A stretch of 63,896 nucleotides of DNA, filler included, from Octopus bimaculoides (lineage: Eukaryota), in NCBI RefSeq assembly GCF_001194135.2. It is 8 parts of 8 records of this genome, joined end to end, with 100 filler letters (N's around TTAATTAATTAA, not from the genome) between each part and the next. Parts side by side here need not be neighbours in the genome. Positions count along the whole stretch, not along the records: positions 16,672 to 44,953 come from NC_068988.1; positions 45,054 to 53,917 come from NC_069008.1; 6 more parts are not named here. One strand, 5' to 3'. Below the pieces are notes generated by a model, which was not told where the DNA came from, ran no database searches, and worked only from the letters and a program-made list of their open reading frames with translations. The translations under genes were made by a program, and so were the position numbers. Below, one piece after another: positions 39,709-53,916 of the stretch (positions are counted from its first letter, which is position 1; the number at the start of each line of letters is the position of its first letter).

Positions 39709-40489
39709 TATATACATACATACATACTTACATAGGTACATGTATACATGCATTCATACATACGTACATCAATACAATTATTTCGACACATTTTTACACG
39801 TAACGCTAATTGTTGAGATAAGAAATCATAATTGTCAATCCGAGCTATAAAATGCGCTTCCTTAGGTGATTCTTTAAATTAGTCTTTCGTTAGATCAGTG
39901 TAAGTATGAGAGAGGTAGAGATAATTTTTCTCCTTGCATACTGTGTTTACAACTTCCTTTAAAACAATGATTACAAGGAGACATGTTTCGGAAGGAAACC
40001 GACACTTAATTTAATAAGAACATAGCGGTTGGGCAAATGAACTTGATAGAATAAATATTAGACTTTAAAATACGTACTTAACTTGTAGTTCTTTAAATTT
40101 CAAATCGCCTTACATGAATAAATGAATGGACAAAATGTGACCTAAAAAGCGTTTTTTAAAAGACGTCCTAACAGGAGTTGGTTATTCCACATATAACATT
40201 ATAAAATACAATTATATAGGATTTGCAACTAGAATTGAATAAAGTGAAGTTTTTAATAGATTGATTCTTCTTTGCTGCATATGTCTAGCTATGTTTGTTC
40301 TACAACAATTAACTGACTGTACCTGAAGCAATGAATAACTAGCAACAAGGTCGTTGTTTAAATAGTAATGAAATTTTCCATTCATGAAAGATATTTTTCA
40401 GTACACCCTCTAGCAGAATATATTTTACTGGTAAAAAAAAGTACTCATCAAGCTCGCAGAAGTCTTGTATTTAGTTAGTACCTTTCTTT

Positions 40490-41020
40490 ATGGGTGTGGT
40501 GGGGAGAGCAATATTGGTAGCAAGACATGACAATTAAATTCTTCAAATAAAACAACTCAAAAATATTCAAAGGCATGATTTACCTTTACAAATCAATTTA
40601 TAGGTTTATTAATCAAAATAATGTGCTTACTATCCAAGGCGCCTCTAAATTCTTTTGAACTGAATGATTGATTCTTATTCTTCGCAAACTACAAGTTCAA
40701 GTTGGAAAGCCTTTAATGCTTCTAAGAAATGTAGTTCAACCGAAGCTCTGCAGTGGTAGCAGTTTGATAATAAAGGCATTACATCCTTATTTAACTAAAG
40801 AAAAAAAGTTCAAACTGGTTAAAGCAAGAGCGAATATAAGCTAATTCTAAGTACTTCAGCGACACCACTTCGGTTTAAGTGCTTTCAATTTTCAATAAAG
40901 TTACGTTTTGTCTTGTCTATCAACAAATCAGAAACAGGCACTGAAAGCTGTTGGACTATGTTTATCAGAAGACTGCGCCTTTCATGGTCAACTGTGTGGC
41001 AGTCGCTCTACATAAACGGC
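40490..41020 (+). mobile_element. Decayed Helitron PIF1 helicase fragment
   Basis: RAILVARHD; KLQVQVGKPLMLLRNV.QPKLCSG; FVLSINKS; LKAVGL...HGQL. Confidence 0.75.
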
Positions 41021-43249
41021 TAACAATTGTAATGTCTACTCACTCTTCTCTGTTCTCAATTAAGAAATATTGTCGTTTTGAATTTTACATTGTCAGCTTA
41101 AGTATAAAACAGTTAAAATTCTTCTTCTTTCTCATCTTTATTATTTCTGTTTTTTCGTCGTTGTCTACTCTCTAATATTCACTCCATTGCTTTTTCCGTG
41201 GCCTCACCTTCTCGTTCTTTTGTATACCCGCTGGTAATATAGTTTTAAAAGTACCTATTTGTGTTCATCCAGTCTAAAAATCCAATAAGATGGATTTTAC
41301 ATTCCCCATAAACACGCTTTTTAACTACAGCTATACTACAATTACTGGACCTCGCCCATAAAATGAACGAAAACAAATGTAGATGGACAAAGAGTTAAAC
41401 ATTTCCACTTTAACGAAACCAACAACGGCGAAATTTAGTAATAAATGTCAAAACTTACTTTTAATATAGATAAATTTAAGCATACATACGCACAAAAGTG
41501 TGTACGTATAAATGTATATATACATACATACATGCATACATACATGCATACATACATGCATACATACATGCATACATGCATAAATATATACATACATATA
41601 CATACATGTATGCATGCACCCATACATATATATACGCACTCCCATGCACATATCTATAAGCCTGAACAAAACTAACAAAAATCATAGTACACAAATTCTA
41701 AAATACTATGCTTTTACTCAGCAAAAGCACCAGCCTTCTATATGTTCAAAAGATTGTTCAAAATGTATTGATTCTGCTACTGTAAGAGAAGCAGGTAATA
41801 TTTTGTTTACCGAATAAAAAAAAATTGAGCCATAAATCACCTGTCATGTTAGCAAATCCATCATGATTTAAACAGGTAATTCTTAGGAGTTAAGGGTGTT
41901 GGCGAGATAGACTGACTTTCTATACATTCCACAAAAATATATTAGAAATGGTGAAATTAGATCTTTGCTTTCATTCTCAAAATATTCTTATGTATCCTGT
42001 GCAAGTTTTCCTTGCTGTTGTTAAGGAAATGTGAGGCCTGCCTTATCGTGCAGGAAATTGTATTGTGTGCGGTTAAAAGTTAAAATCCTAATTTCACCAG
42101 AACTGTGAATTACAACCTTACCACATAATTCAAGATTAACGGCACCTATTTGTACAATTCCACGAGCGTTATTGCCCTCGTAAAAGATTAGTGAGTCATT
42201 TGATGGTAGCAACCATATCAGAATTAGCTTCATCTAATTAAGTAATCATTAAGTCGAGAATAATTATAAATGAACGCCTATGCTTTGTAGCTGAATTGAT
42301 CGAAACGAAAACAATTTTTATTATTTAATATTCATATGAATGAGGGGAGAAATGAGGTTAATTTAAATCCTTCGGGATATATAACTATAATATTTTATTG
42401 ATATTCAACTGAAAAGAACCACACTGATAATATGTCTGAGGATGTTTGTAACATTAGCAGGCTGAATGAACATTTTCTTTAGCCTTGATTGATATGGGCA
42501 ACAAACAATATGTTGATAAAGAATGTACGCTGCCAAAGGGCATATCAATATGTCACTTTCTGCAGGTGTCGTTGAAATGAAATTGGGTTTTGCAGTCCAT
42601 ACGTCTGCATAATAAACCAAACACTTTGAGCAGTATACAAGTTAATAGACTGATATTTCTCGAATGTTCATCCATTTAGTAACGTTGTTTCGTTCTAATT
42701 GTTATATATAGATTTGATTGGTTATTCGAATTGAATTCAAGAGTAATTTTGCAGCACTAACATATAACATTTATAACAGACAGTGAAAATATACATAAAA
42801 GCCAAGTCCTTCTATCTATCAATCTATCTATCTTCCTCTGTCTCTGTATACATATCTATATCCTTGTATATGGGCATATACATACAACTTGATACACGCT
42901 CATACGCACATGTCTGGACGAATATATACATATATATGTACAGGAAATAGTATAAGCAGGTACACGCATGTATATATACATAAATATGCGTACATAGCAT
43001 AGATGAACATATGCATAGATTCGTACGTAAAGTATATCTCATATGACAAATCTGAAGACAACGTTTATAACTCCAATTATACTACCAACCAACAGAGCAA
43101 TAATTACAATATCCATGATGACCATCCAACAAATAACACCAGCAAAAATTCAAATAATAAACTGAGAACACCTACAAATAGGGATAATAAAACGATAATA
43201 TTGACAACCAACAAACCGAATAGAACTAATCCTACCAGCGCTCGATGTA

Positions 43250-43680
43250 CACAAGGCAACACAATCCAACAGTTATGCTCATGCAGAGATAGATCCAATT
43301 ATCCTTTGGATAACCATTTTATGACTAAGAACGTGTGCACCATAAATACTAGAAGAGGCCCCTACGTATGTATCGGGGTATTGGCCGATTTTTAAAAATT
43401 CGATACGCAACTGCATCGCCAGTTTTCGAAATATCCTTAAACAACATGTTACATCGCTCGCCGATTTTATCTGGAGGCTTAAAGAAGCGAAGACAAAATA
43501 CAGTCTTATACCGTCCATACTTAGACATGCGAGTTCCTACAGCACTATATCCCGGAAATGCCAGTTATGCTCCGGGGAGTCACTCTCGATAATGTTACCA
43601 AAGGACGCATTATCAATAAATTCATTGAAAAATTACCCAGGTGTCTACACGCAGCTAAACACACATTCATATATTATAAT
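43250..43680 (+). mobile_element. Penelope-like element GIY-YIG region
   Basis: CSCRDRSNYPL, then after a frameshift FKNSIRNCIASFRNILKQHVTSLADFIWRLKEAKTKYSLIPSILRHASSYSTISRKCQLCSGE, then CLHAAK. Confidence 0.8.
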
Positions 43681-44383
43681 CCGGATCATACATAACTTGA
43701 TGGCGCTCACAAATCTGAATACATCCGAACTTGAAACTATATTCGAGTAACTTGTATTTCACACATGATCTCGCAATCTAGATTCATATATGTATATGTA
43801 TATACATGTATATATATATGGGTGTGTATGCATATATGTGTACGTGTATGTGTGTATGTGTGTATATGTGTACGTGTATGTGTGTATGTATATATATATG
43901 TATATATATATATATANNNNNNNNNNNNNNNNNNNNNNNNNNNNNNNNNNNNNNNNNNNNNNNNNNNNNNNNNNNNNNNNNNNNNNNNNNNNNNNNNNNN
44001 NNNNNNNNNNNNNNNNNNNNNNNNNNNNNTATATACATGTCTACATATTCATCTGTGCGCATTTACGTTTTTGTAGGAGTATGTATGTATATTAGAGTGA
44101 ATATGTGTATATGCATATGCGGGCGTATGTTTATATGTGTATATGTCAGTGTGTTAACGTGTGTATGTGTGTCAAGCTTTGCACAGATGTGTGTATCTTA
44201 CTTTACGTACGAATCTATGCATATGTTCATCTATGCTATGTCCGTATATTTATGTATATATACACGCGTGTACCTGCTTATGCTAGTTCTTGTACATATA
44301 TATGTATATATTCGTCCATACGTGTGCGTATATGCGTGTATCAAGTTGTATGCCCATATACCAGGATGTGCGTGTGTGAGCGC

Positions 44384-44426
<43 letters not shown>

Positions 44427-44688
44427 NNNNNNNNNNNNNNNNNNNNNNNNNNNNNNNNNNNNNNNNNNNNNNNNNNNNNNNNNNNNNNNNNNNNNNNNNN
44501 NNNNNNNNNNNNNNNNNNNNNNNNNNNNNNNNNNNNNNNNNNNNTTTCTCTAAACTAGAATGTATACTTTCCACGTTCATATTTGAATTTTTTGTGTTTC
44601 AATAATTTTTCTCTGATTTTACTCATTCCCTAATTTGATGGACATATAGCGGTACGTAAGTCGACTCAAGAAATCTATAGTGAGCACG

Positions 44689-44749
44689 TTTTATTGATAT
44701 ACCTGAAGAGACCCAGAAGGGGTCGAAACATGTGTTGTACCAAATAAAG
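44689..44749 (+). ncRNA. Type I hammerhead ribozyme motif with intact core
   Basis: TTTTATTGATATAC CTGAAGA GACCC agaag GGGTC GAA ACA tg TGT T^GTACCAAATAAAG. Core CUGAAGA is at 44703-44709, stem II is a perfect 5 bp with G10.1-C11.1, and GAAA is at 44725-44728. Confidence 0.75.
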
Positions 44750-44901
44750 TCTATTACACATTCCATCTCCCATGTTATTAATACTGTTACCCCAACCACC
44801 ACTACGAAGTCCCTGCAGTAAATCTACGGATAACAGCAGGTAATCTAAACTGAGACGCTGCTTTTCTCATCCATTTATACAAAAACTGACAATTTTTCCA
44901 T

Positions 44902-44948
<47 letters not shown>

Positions 44949-45053
44949 ACACANNNNNNNNNNNNNNNNNNNNNNNNNNNNNNNNNNNNNNNNNNNNTTA
45001 ATTAATTAANNNNNNNNNNNNNNNNNNNNNNNNNNNNNNNNNNNNNNNNNNNN

Positions 45054-45314
45054 GTAGTTCTTGGGGATATTCAGCGTGACACAGAGTGTGACAAAGCTGG
45101 CCCTTTGAATTACAGGCACAACAGAAACAGGAAGTAAGAGTGAGAGAAAGTTGTGGTGGAAGAGTACAGCAGGGTTCGCCACCATCCCCTGCCGGAGCCT
45201 CGTGGAGCTTTAGGTGTTTTCGCTCAATAAACACTCACGACGCCCGGTCTGGGAATCGAAACCGCGATCCTATGACCGCGAGTCCACTACCCTAACCACT
45301 GGGCCATTGCGCCT
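45054..45314 (-). mobile_element. tRNA-derived SINE, family A variant
   Basis: Head AGGCGCAATGGCCCAGTGGTTAGG...GGTTTCGATTCC. The 3' part CCTGTAATTCAAAGGGCCAGC is shared with 55562-55881. Confidence 0.8.
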
Positions 45315-45451
45315 AGACGTTGGCTCACATACATACATACATACATACATACATACATACATACGTACGTACGTACGTACATACATACATACATACATAC
45401 ATACGTACGTATATACATACGTAATACATGCATATATACATACATACATGC

Positions 45452-45507
<56 letters not shown>

Positions 45508-45526
45508 GTAGTAGTAGTAATAATAA

Positions 45527-45720
45527 TAACATCGAAAAATACCTTAGGAATGAGAACCCAGGGTTTGAAATTTCCCCAAGACACCTGATGAAGGCTGGAG
45601 GGTAAATCAGCCAAAACGTTGTGTTAACAACAAACAAGATGAGGACAAATATTCGTCAAATGTAAATAATGTAAATAATGTAAATAATGTACATAATTCC
45701 TCATCTCTTAAATATCGAAT
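45527..45720 (+). mobile_element. Short repeat carrying a hammerhead motif (copy 2)
   Basis: (AAT)n, then ACATCGAAAAATACC...GACAC CTGATGA A GGCTG gagggtaaat CAGCC AAAA CGTT GTGTT, then (AATGTAAAT)3. The core is at 45585-45591 and G12 is mutated to A at 45613. Confidence 0.8.
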
Positions 45721-45907
45721 TAACATAAGACTATGATTAGGAAGGGATTAGTCAGCAAGTATATACATGCTAGTATAAAAGAATGAACAATACAGGGTTA
45801 CAAATCGCTAGAGACTTAAATGATATCTGCGAGTCATACGTCCCCCAAAAAACCCCAAGAAAACGTTTTTTTGAGGGCGCTGCCAATTGGAAAGCGGTCT
45901 CACGTGA

Positions 45908-46022
45908 GGGCTTCCTTCAGTTTCCTTCTACCAAATCTACTCACAAGGTTTTAGTCGGTTCAAGGCTATAACAGAAGACACTTGCCCAAGGTGTCTCGCA
46001 AGCTTCTTACCACACAGCCACT
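45908..46022 (-). mobile_element. SINE family B, 5' fragment
   Basis: GGGCTTCCTTCAGTTTCCTTCTACCAAATC...AGACACTTGCCCAAGGTG...TTACCACACAGCCAC. Confidence 0.8.
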
Positions 46023-46562
46023 TCCGGTATGTTGAGTCTTTTGTTGGTTTGTGCTGAATGTCTTTTGTGCATTTGTACGTATCTCTCTCTCTCTCTCTCT
46101 CACTCTCTCTCTCACTCTCTCTCTCCCCCTCTCTCCCTACCTCCCTCTCTACCCTTTCCCCTCTCTCCCCTTTCCCCTCTCTCCATCTCTCTTCCCCCTC
46201 TCACCCCTCTCTCCCCTCTCTCCATCACCCTCCCCTCTCTCTGTATTTCCAGTACAAGACTGAGCACAAAATTGGGAAATGCGTCAAAACATCTATGCGT
46301 GCATAGCATCCGTAGTTTTGTGTGTCTGTGTGTACATGTATGTTTATCCATGTGAGTGAGTGTATGTGTGTTTATGTAGATGTGTGTGTCCGTATACGTC
46401 TTCGTCTTCTTGTTACTCTCTCTTTCTCTCTCTGCTTAATCCGCTCTTATTTCGTTGCATCTCTCTCTCTCGCTCTATCTGTCTATCTACCTACCTTTCA
46501 GTGAATCTATCTATCTATCAAACTATCTGTCTGTCAGTCTATATATCTTATCTATCTGTTTG

Positions 46563-46613
<51 letters not shown>

Positions 46614-46646
46614 GTCTATCTGTCTGTCTGTCTGTCTGTCTGTCAG

Positions 46647-46679
<33 letters not shown>

Positions 46680-46795
46680 TTATTTATCAATCTATCTTTG
46701 TTTTCTCTTTCTTTGTTTTCTCTTTCTTTGTTTTCTCTTTCTTTGTTTTCTCTTTCTTTGTTTTCTCTTTCTTTCTTTTCTCTTTCTTTCTTTTC

Positions 46796-46859
<64 letters not shown>

Positions 46860-47504
46860 TCCTTCTGGCTCTCTGCCTAATTTTATCTGTCTGTCTGTCT
46901 CTCTTGCCTCTCTTTTTCCCTTTCTCTGTCTGTCTATCTGTCTGTCTGTTTGTCTCTCTTTCCCTATCACACTCTTTACCCTATGTACTCACTCTCTCTC
47001 TCTGTCTCTGTCTCTCTCTCTCTCTCTTCTCACCACCCCTCCATCACCATCTCTCACTTTCCCTCTCGTTCTTTTTCTTATTAATCTTATAATGCCCCTC
47101 ACCTCAAATTTTGAAGAGGGATTTAAACGGAAATCAATTCTGCGCCATCTGTTGTTGGGTGTCGATTCGAAAGCCCGAAGCTCTTCCGGTGAGGAATTGT
47201 CAATGTGGATTGACACGTTGCGTGGATATCTGTATGTATGTATGTATGTATGTATGTATGTATGTCTGTATGTATGTATGTATGTATGTATGTATGTATG
47301 TATGTATGTATGCATGCATGTCTGTATGTATGTATGTGTGTGTATGCATGTATGTGTGTATGTAAGTATGTGTGTATGCATGTATATATGTATGCATTTA
47401 TATATGTATGCATGTATGTATATATGTGTGTATATATGTATATAAGTATTATGTATGTGTATATATGAATACTTGGATTTGTTCGTGTATGCACACACAC
47501 ATGC

Positions 47505-47569
<65 letters not shown>

Positions 47570-47689
47570 GACGTGCATATATGAATGTATGTGTATATAT
47601 GTAGCCATTGTATCTGTATGTAAGTATATATGTATTTGTGATCGTATGTATATACTTATATACGAGAATATGCATACATATTACTTCTG

Positions 47690-47736
<47 letters not shown>

Positions 47737-47772
47737 GTATGCGTGCATATATATGTATGTGCGTCAGTGTAA

Positions 47773-47810
<38 letters not shown>

Positions 47811-47894
47811 CTATGCAATCACATGCATATATGCATATAATAATATACACACATACACGTATATTTATAATGATTAAGAAATTTATCACAATAT

Positions 47895-48480
47895 ATATTG
47901 GCTAATATAGCGATGTTGCGTTGGCAGTATTCCAACACGTGAATGGACTTAGAAACATCTAGAAAAGGCCTTGTTAATTCCTTCACACCTTCAATAATAA
48001 TACCTGCCTAAAATTAACTACCACCACTAACCTCGGTATCGTAAATTTCCTAGATGTTACTTAACCACGAATACAATACTTGTATTAAATCTAATGAAAA
48101 ATTCATATATATCATTAGAGACACCTGTTATCTATTCATAATCTTCGAAATTCTGATTAATAATTTTAGTAGAGGAATCTCCGTCCTACGCAATTCTTTA
48201 TTATAATAATGCATTATAAAATGGTAGATTAAAAGATGAGATGATGTATATCGTTAGCTCATACAATTGTATATTAAAGCCACATGCCACAAAGTTAACT
48301 GTTTCTTGCCTTTCTCGTTGGACGTTAAAACCAGTTTATTGAAAATTTTCGGAAACGAAATGACTATCTCTCAAGGTAACGAAATAAATATTTCTGAAGG
48401 AATCAGCGCCGCAGAAAACTGTTTAAAGACAATTTAGAAATTGTCGTACTCTCAGAAAGAACAGAATTTTAGATGAAAAA

Positions 48481-48515
<35 letters not shown>

Positions 48516-48620
48516 AAGCTATTTGCAGTAACATCAGGCAAGTTTCCCCAATCAGGCGTATAATATGCTGAGTTGAAGGTATACAAAGCGGAAGTCACCG
48601 CCAACAAACCTACGAAATTA
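47895..48620 (+). mobile_element. Decayed Penelope-like element, RT C-terminus and start of GIY-YIG
   Basis: IG*YSDVALAVF (YRDD-type motif, decayed); TTNLGIVNFLDVT; later VYKAEVT. Confidence 0.7.
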
Positions 48621-48660
48621 TAGAGTATAAAAACTAAATGGACACACACACACATAATAT

Positions 48661-48693
<33 letters not shown>

Positions 48694-49899
48694 TNNNNNN
48701 NNNNNNNNNNNNNNNNNNNNNNNNNNNNNNNNNNNNNNNNNNNNNNNNNNNNNNNNNNNNNNNNNNNNNNNNNNNNNNNNNNNNNNNNNNNNNNNNNNNN
48801 NNNNNNNNNNNNNNNNNNNNNNNNNNNNNNNNNNNNNNNNNNNNNNNNNNNNNNNNNNNNNNNNNNNNNNNNNNNNNNNNNNNNNNNNNNNNNNNNNNNN
48901 NNNNNNNNNNNNNNNNNNNNNNNNNNNNNNNNNNNNNNNNNNNNNNNNNNNNNNNNNNNNNNNNNNNNNNNNNNNNNNNNNNNNNNNNNNNNNNNNNNNN
49001 NNNNNNNNNNNNNNNNNNNNNNNNNNNNNNNNNNNNNNNNNNNNNNNNNNNNNNNNNNNNNNNNNNATATATATATATATATATATATATAGATATACAC
49101 ATATATATGACTATGTATGTACGTATGTATGTAGTCATGGTATCTGTATGAAAGCATCGTTCTTAGCTCCATACCTAAGCGTGTATGTATACAAGATCAT
49201 ATATTCACCGATGGAAGATAACTGCAAACAATATTACTTTAGTCGTAACTTTTATTTTCAAAAGGAAAAGGAGAATAAAACATTATCAAATCAAGAGAGT
49301 ACTTTGAAGAACATGATATTGACTTTGATATCAAATAAAAGGCATTTGCACCATGCAGATAATGCACAAATGTCGGTTATGAACTTTCTTCTGGGAAAAC
49401 GTTAACGATTTTGCTAATTATCTTAAAAGAAGATCAGAGAACATTACAAAATGTTACCATTTTGATAAGTATCTTGTAAAATATTGGACGTTCATATAAT
49501 TTTATTTTATAACCTTACACATTCTATTTTGACACTCTTTCTTTTGTAGCACTTCAAAGAGCACTTAACAAGTTCTTTTATCCAATATTATTTAGAGTAG
49601 TTTGGAAAGTTTTTTGTCTTTCGTCTCTGGCAGAGTTTTATATGGTTTAATCTGTCGATCGGCGGCTTTTCGACGAGGTCCACTATGTCCTCAACCTTGG
49701 TCTATGTTTTTTGGGCTGCGCTTTTATGTACTTCACCAAGAAGCTGAAGAAAAGTTTTTGTTTTTGTTTCGTGTTGTTGCTAATGTTGTTGTTAATATCG
49801 CTGGTACTCATGTTGTTCCTGTCTTTTCTGTTCTTCTCATTGGGAAGTCACAGCACCACTACTACGGATATTTGATTAGAATGTCATAGGAAAGAATCG

Positions 49900-50000
49900 C
49901 AAGATCGATTCTTCCAGCCGAGCCAAATTGTAAGAGATCTTGGGATAGGCCAAGAATGAGATGGTTGGATGATATCCATAGTCTCACTTGGGAATCCAGC
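49900..50000 (+). mobile_element. RTE-type C-terminal fragment
   Basis: RSWDRPRMRWLDDI resembles the RTE terminal GRP..RW.D motif. Confidence 0.5.
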
Positions 50001-50074
50001 TTGAAAGTCTAGTGGCGTTTGCTTCTGATTATATCGTATTTTTGGCTTTGTGAGGGCATGCACGACTTACTATC

Positions 50075-50111
50075 CAATGAATGGAAACTGAAAGAAGCCT
50101 GTAGTATATTA

Positions 50112-50152
<41 letters not shown>

Positions 50153-50370
50153 GGTGGGGGTGTATGTTTGTGTGTTTGTGTTTGCCCTCCCACCATCGCT
50201 TGACAACCGATGTTGATACGTCCCCGTAACATATCGGTTCGGCAAAAGAGACCGATAGAATAAGTACTAGGCTTCCAAAGAATAAGTCCTGGGGTCGATT
50301 TGCTCGGCAAAAGGCGGTGCTCCAGCATGGCCACAGTCAAATGACTGAAACAAGTAAAAGAGTAAAAGAG
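50075..50370 (+). mobile_element. SINE family B, 3' two-thirds
   Basis: GGAAACTGAAAGAAGCC, (TA)n, CCATCGCTTGACAACCGATG...GACTGAAACAAGTAAAAGAGTAAAAGAG. Confidence 0.9.
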
Positions 50371-50689
50371 TATATATACACACTCATAAACACAAACACA
50401 CATACACACAGACACACACACACATTAAAGAAGGGTGCGATTTGGCTGCCATGTTTAAGTGGAGGTCTTCCTCACTCTCTCATACAAATGCATATTTAGG
50501 CAAGTAGAGCCTGATTTGACTGCTATTTCTTGTAAATAATTCTTCCGACCTCTTACTGGTGGCCATCTTAAGTTCTCGTCTATTGCATGGATTATATTGA
50601 ATTAAAAATCGAAATTCAGGAATTAAAGAGGTGGGGGGAAATGGAGGATGTGAATAAGTATGGAATGAAACGTACGTGCCTAACAACAG

Positions 50690-50878
50690 CAGCAGCAACA
50701 ACAGCAAGAAGAAGAAGAAGAAGAAGAAGAAGAAGAAGAAGAAGAAGAAGAAGAAGAAGAAGAAGAAGAAGAAGAAGAAGAAGAAGAAGAAGAAGAAGAA
50801 TTAAAACAAAAAGCATAACTTTGGAAACAAAGACGACAACGACGGCGGCTACAATACCGATAAATCTGATGGTGATGG

Positions 50879-50937
<59 letters not shown>

Positions 50938-51034
50938 GTGATGGTGATGATGATGGTAATGGTAATGACCGTCATATTATTGTTGTTGTTGTTGTTGTTG
51001 GTGGTGGTGGTGTTGGTGGTGGTTGGTGTAACGG

Positions 51035-51071
<37 letters not shown>

Positions 51072-51253
51072 AACGACAACTAAGATAGGGGCGGTGGTAG
51101 TGGTAGTGACGATGATGATGACAATGATGACGATGATGGTGATGATGGTGATGATGATGACGATGATGACGATGATGATGATGATAATGATGACGATGGT
51201 GATGATGATGATGATGATGTTGATGATGATGATGATGACGATGATGGTGATGT

Positions 51254-51290
<37 letters not shown>

Positions 51291-51292
51291 AA
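50690..51292 (+). repeat. Compound trinucleotide array (GCA/GAA/GAT/GTT/GGT)n running into a gap
   Basis: Seen directly. It explains the poly-R/M/I/S ORFs. Confidence 0.95.
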
Positions 51293-52217
51293 NNNNNNNN
51301 NNNNNNNNNNNNNNNNNNNNNNNNNNNNNNNNNNNNNNNNNNNNNNNNNNNNNNNNNNNNNNNNNNNNNNNNNNNNNNNNNNNNNNNNNNNNNNNNNNNN
51401 NNNNNNNNNNNNNNNNNNNNNNNNNNNNNNNNNNNNNNNNNNNNNNNNNNNNNNNNNNNNNNNNNNNNNNNNNNNNNNNNNNNNNNNNNNNNNNNNNNNN
51501 NNNNNNNNNNNNNNNNNNNNNNNNNNNNNNNNNNNNNNNNNNNNNNNNNNNNNNNNNNNNNNNNNNNNNNNNNNNNNNNNNNNNNNNNNNNNNNNNNNNN
51601 NNNNNNNNNNNNNNNNNNNNNNNNNNNNNNNNNNNNNNNNNNNNNNNNNNNNNNNNNNNNNNNNNNNNNNNNNNNNNNNNNNNNNNNNNNNNNNNNNNNN
51701 NNNNNNNNNNNNNNNNNNNNNNNNNNNNNNNNNNNNNNNNNNNNNNNNNNNNNNNNNNNNNNNNNNNNNNATATATATATAAACTACATGTATATGTGCA
51801 TACATGCGTATGAAACAAATACATACATACGTGCATACATACATACATACATACATACATACATAATACATACATACGCACATACACACATATATTCATA
51901 CATAAATACATACACACGTACATACATACGTACATACATACATACGTACATACATAAGTACATATATACGTACATACATACGTACGTACATACATGCAAG
52001 CATACATAAATACGTACGTCTGTATACACATACACGCACACATACATATATTTAAACATACAGACATTCATACGTACATACATACATACATAAATGTGTG
52101 TATGTATGTATGAATATATATACATACACACATACATAGACACGTATATATGTATGTATGAATACATATACAAACACAGATACATAGTCACGTATACATA
52201 TAAATATGTAAATATAT

Positions 52218-52250
<33 letters not shown>

Positions 52251-53135
52251 NNNNNNNNNNNNNNNNNNNNNNNNNNNNNNNNNNNNNNNNNNNNNNNNNN
52301 NNNNNNNNNNNNNNNNNNNNNNNNNNNNNNNNNNNNNNNNNNNNNNNNNNNNNNNNNNNNNNNNNNNNNNNNNNNNNNNNNNNNNNNNNNNNNNNNNNNN
52401 NNNNNNNNNNNNNNNNNNNNNNNNNNNNNNNNNNNNNNNNNNNNNNNNNNNNNNNNNNNNNNNNNNNNNNNNNNNNNNNNNNNNNNNNNNNNNNNNNNNN
52501 NNNNNNNNNNNNNNNNNNNNNNNNNNNNNNNNNNNNNNNNNNNNNNNNNNNNNNNNNNNNNNNNNNNNNNNNNNNNNNNNNNNNNNNNNNNNNNNNNNNN
52601 NNNNNNNNNNNNNNNNNNNNNNNNNNNNNNNNNNNNNNNNNNNNNNNNNNNNNNNNNNNNNNNNNNNNNNNNNNNNNNNNNNNNNNNNNNNNNNNNNNNN
52701 NNNNNNNNNNNNNNNNNNNNNNNNNNNNNNNNNNNNNNNNNNNNNNNNNNNNNNNNNNNNNNNNNNNNNNNNNNNNNNNNNNNNNNNNNNNNNNNNNNNN
52801 NNNNNNNNNNNNNNNNNNNNNNNNNNNNNNNNNNNNNNNNNNNNNNNNNNNNNNNNNNNNNNNNNNNNNNNNNNNNNNNNNNNNNNNNNNNNNNNNNNNN
52901 NNNNNNNNNNNNNNNNNNNNNNNNNNNNNNNNNNNNNNNNNNNNNNNNNNNNNNNNNNNNNNNNNNNNNNNNNNNNNNNNNNNNNNNNNNNNNNNNNNNN
53001 NNNNNNNNNNNNNNNNNNNNNNNNNNNNNNNNNNNNNNNNNNNNNNNNNNNNNNNNNNNNNNNNNNNNNNNNNNNNNNNNNNNNNNNNNNNNNNNNNNNN
53101 NNNNNNNNNNNNNNNNNNNNNNNNNNNNNNNNNAT

Positions 53136-53180
<45 letters not shown>

Positions 53181-53513
53181 ACACAGACACACAGACACAT
53201 ACACACACAGACACACACACACACACACACTCACACAAACACACACGCAAAACAGGCATCTAGCTGCCTCTGATATTTACCCCACGCAATATAATGTTTC
53301 TTTATACATACATGCATACATACACGTACGTGCAAGCAAACCTAAATGCATATATACGTACACCCCCTACTCACTCACATGCATCGAAGTAATAAAACAA
53401 ATATATACTCTAACACATCTTTAATTATCAGAAACGATCATTTCTGTACAATCTCTGCTTTCAACGCAAAAAAAGTTCAAGGTGAAAAGTGATGTAATAT
53501 TTGTGGTTTGATA

Positions 53514-53916
53514 AGACGGCGAGCTAGCAGAAACGTTAACACGCCGAGCGAAATGCTTAGCGATATTTCGCTTGTCTTTATGTTCTGAGTTCAAATTCCA
53601 CCGAGGTTGATTTTGCTTTTCATCCTTTCTGGGTCGATGAATCAAGTACCAGTTGCGTCTGGCCCCCTCCCACCAAAATTTCGGACCTTGTGCCTAGAGT
53701 AGAAAAGAAACGTTAGCACGCTGGGCGAAATGCCTAGCGGTGTTTCGTCTGCCGTTACGTTCTGAGTTCAAATTCCGCCGAGGTCGACTTTGCCTTTCAT
53801 CTTTTCGGGGTCGATAAATTAAATACCAGCTACGCACTGGGGTCGATGTAATCGACTTAATCCCTTTGTCTGTCCTTGTTTGTCCCCTCTATGTTTAGCC
53901 CCTTGTGGGCAATACA
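53514..53916 (+). mobile_element. Two head-to-tail SINE family C copies with different 3' ends
   Basis: Two GAAACGTTA...TTCTGAGTTCAAATTCC...GAGGTYGA heads, starting at about 53514 and about 53707. Confidence 0.85.

Noticed and set aside
42021-42620. Non-repetitive stretch with short ORFs and splice-like signals, as a possible host exon
   Set aside because: There is no recognisable domain and no consistent acceptor-frame-donor combination. It cannot be excluded without RNA-seq.
43250-43680. Possible selenocysteine recoding, reported for some PLEs
   Set aside because: I saw no in-frame TGA at Cys positions in the PLE fragments here, and no SECIS could be identified.
50587-51813. Long ORFs of 400+ aa here and at 6610, 14882, 20973, 46360 and 52052
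   Set aside because: They consist of microsatellite translations and N gaps.
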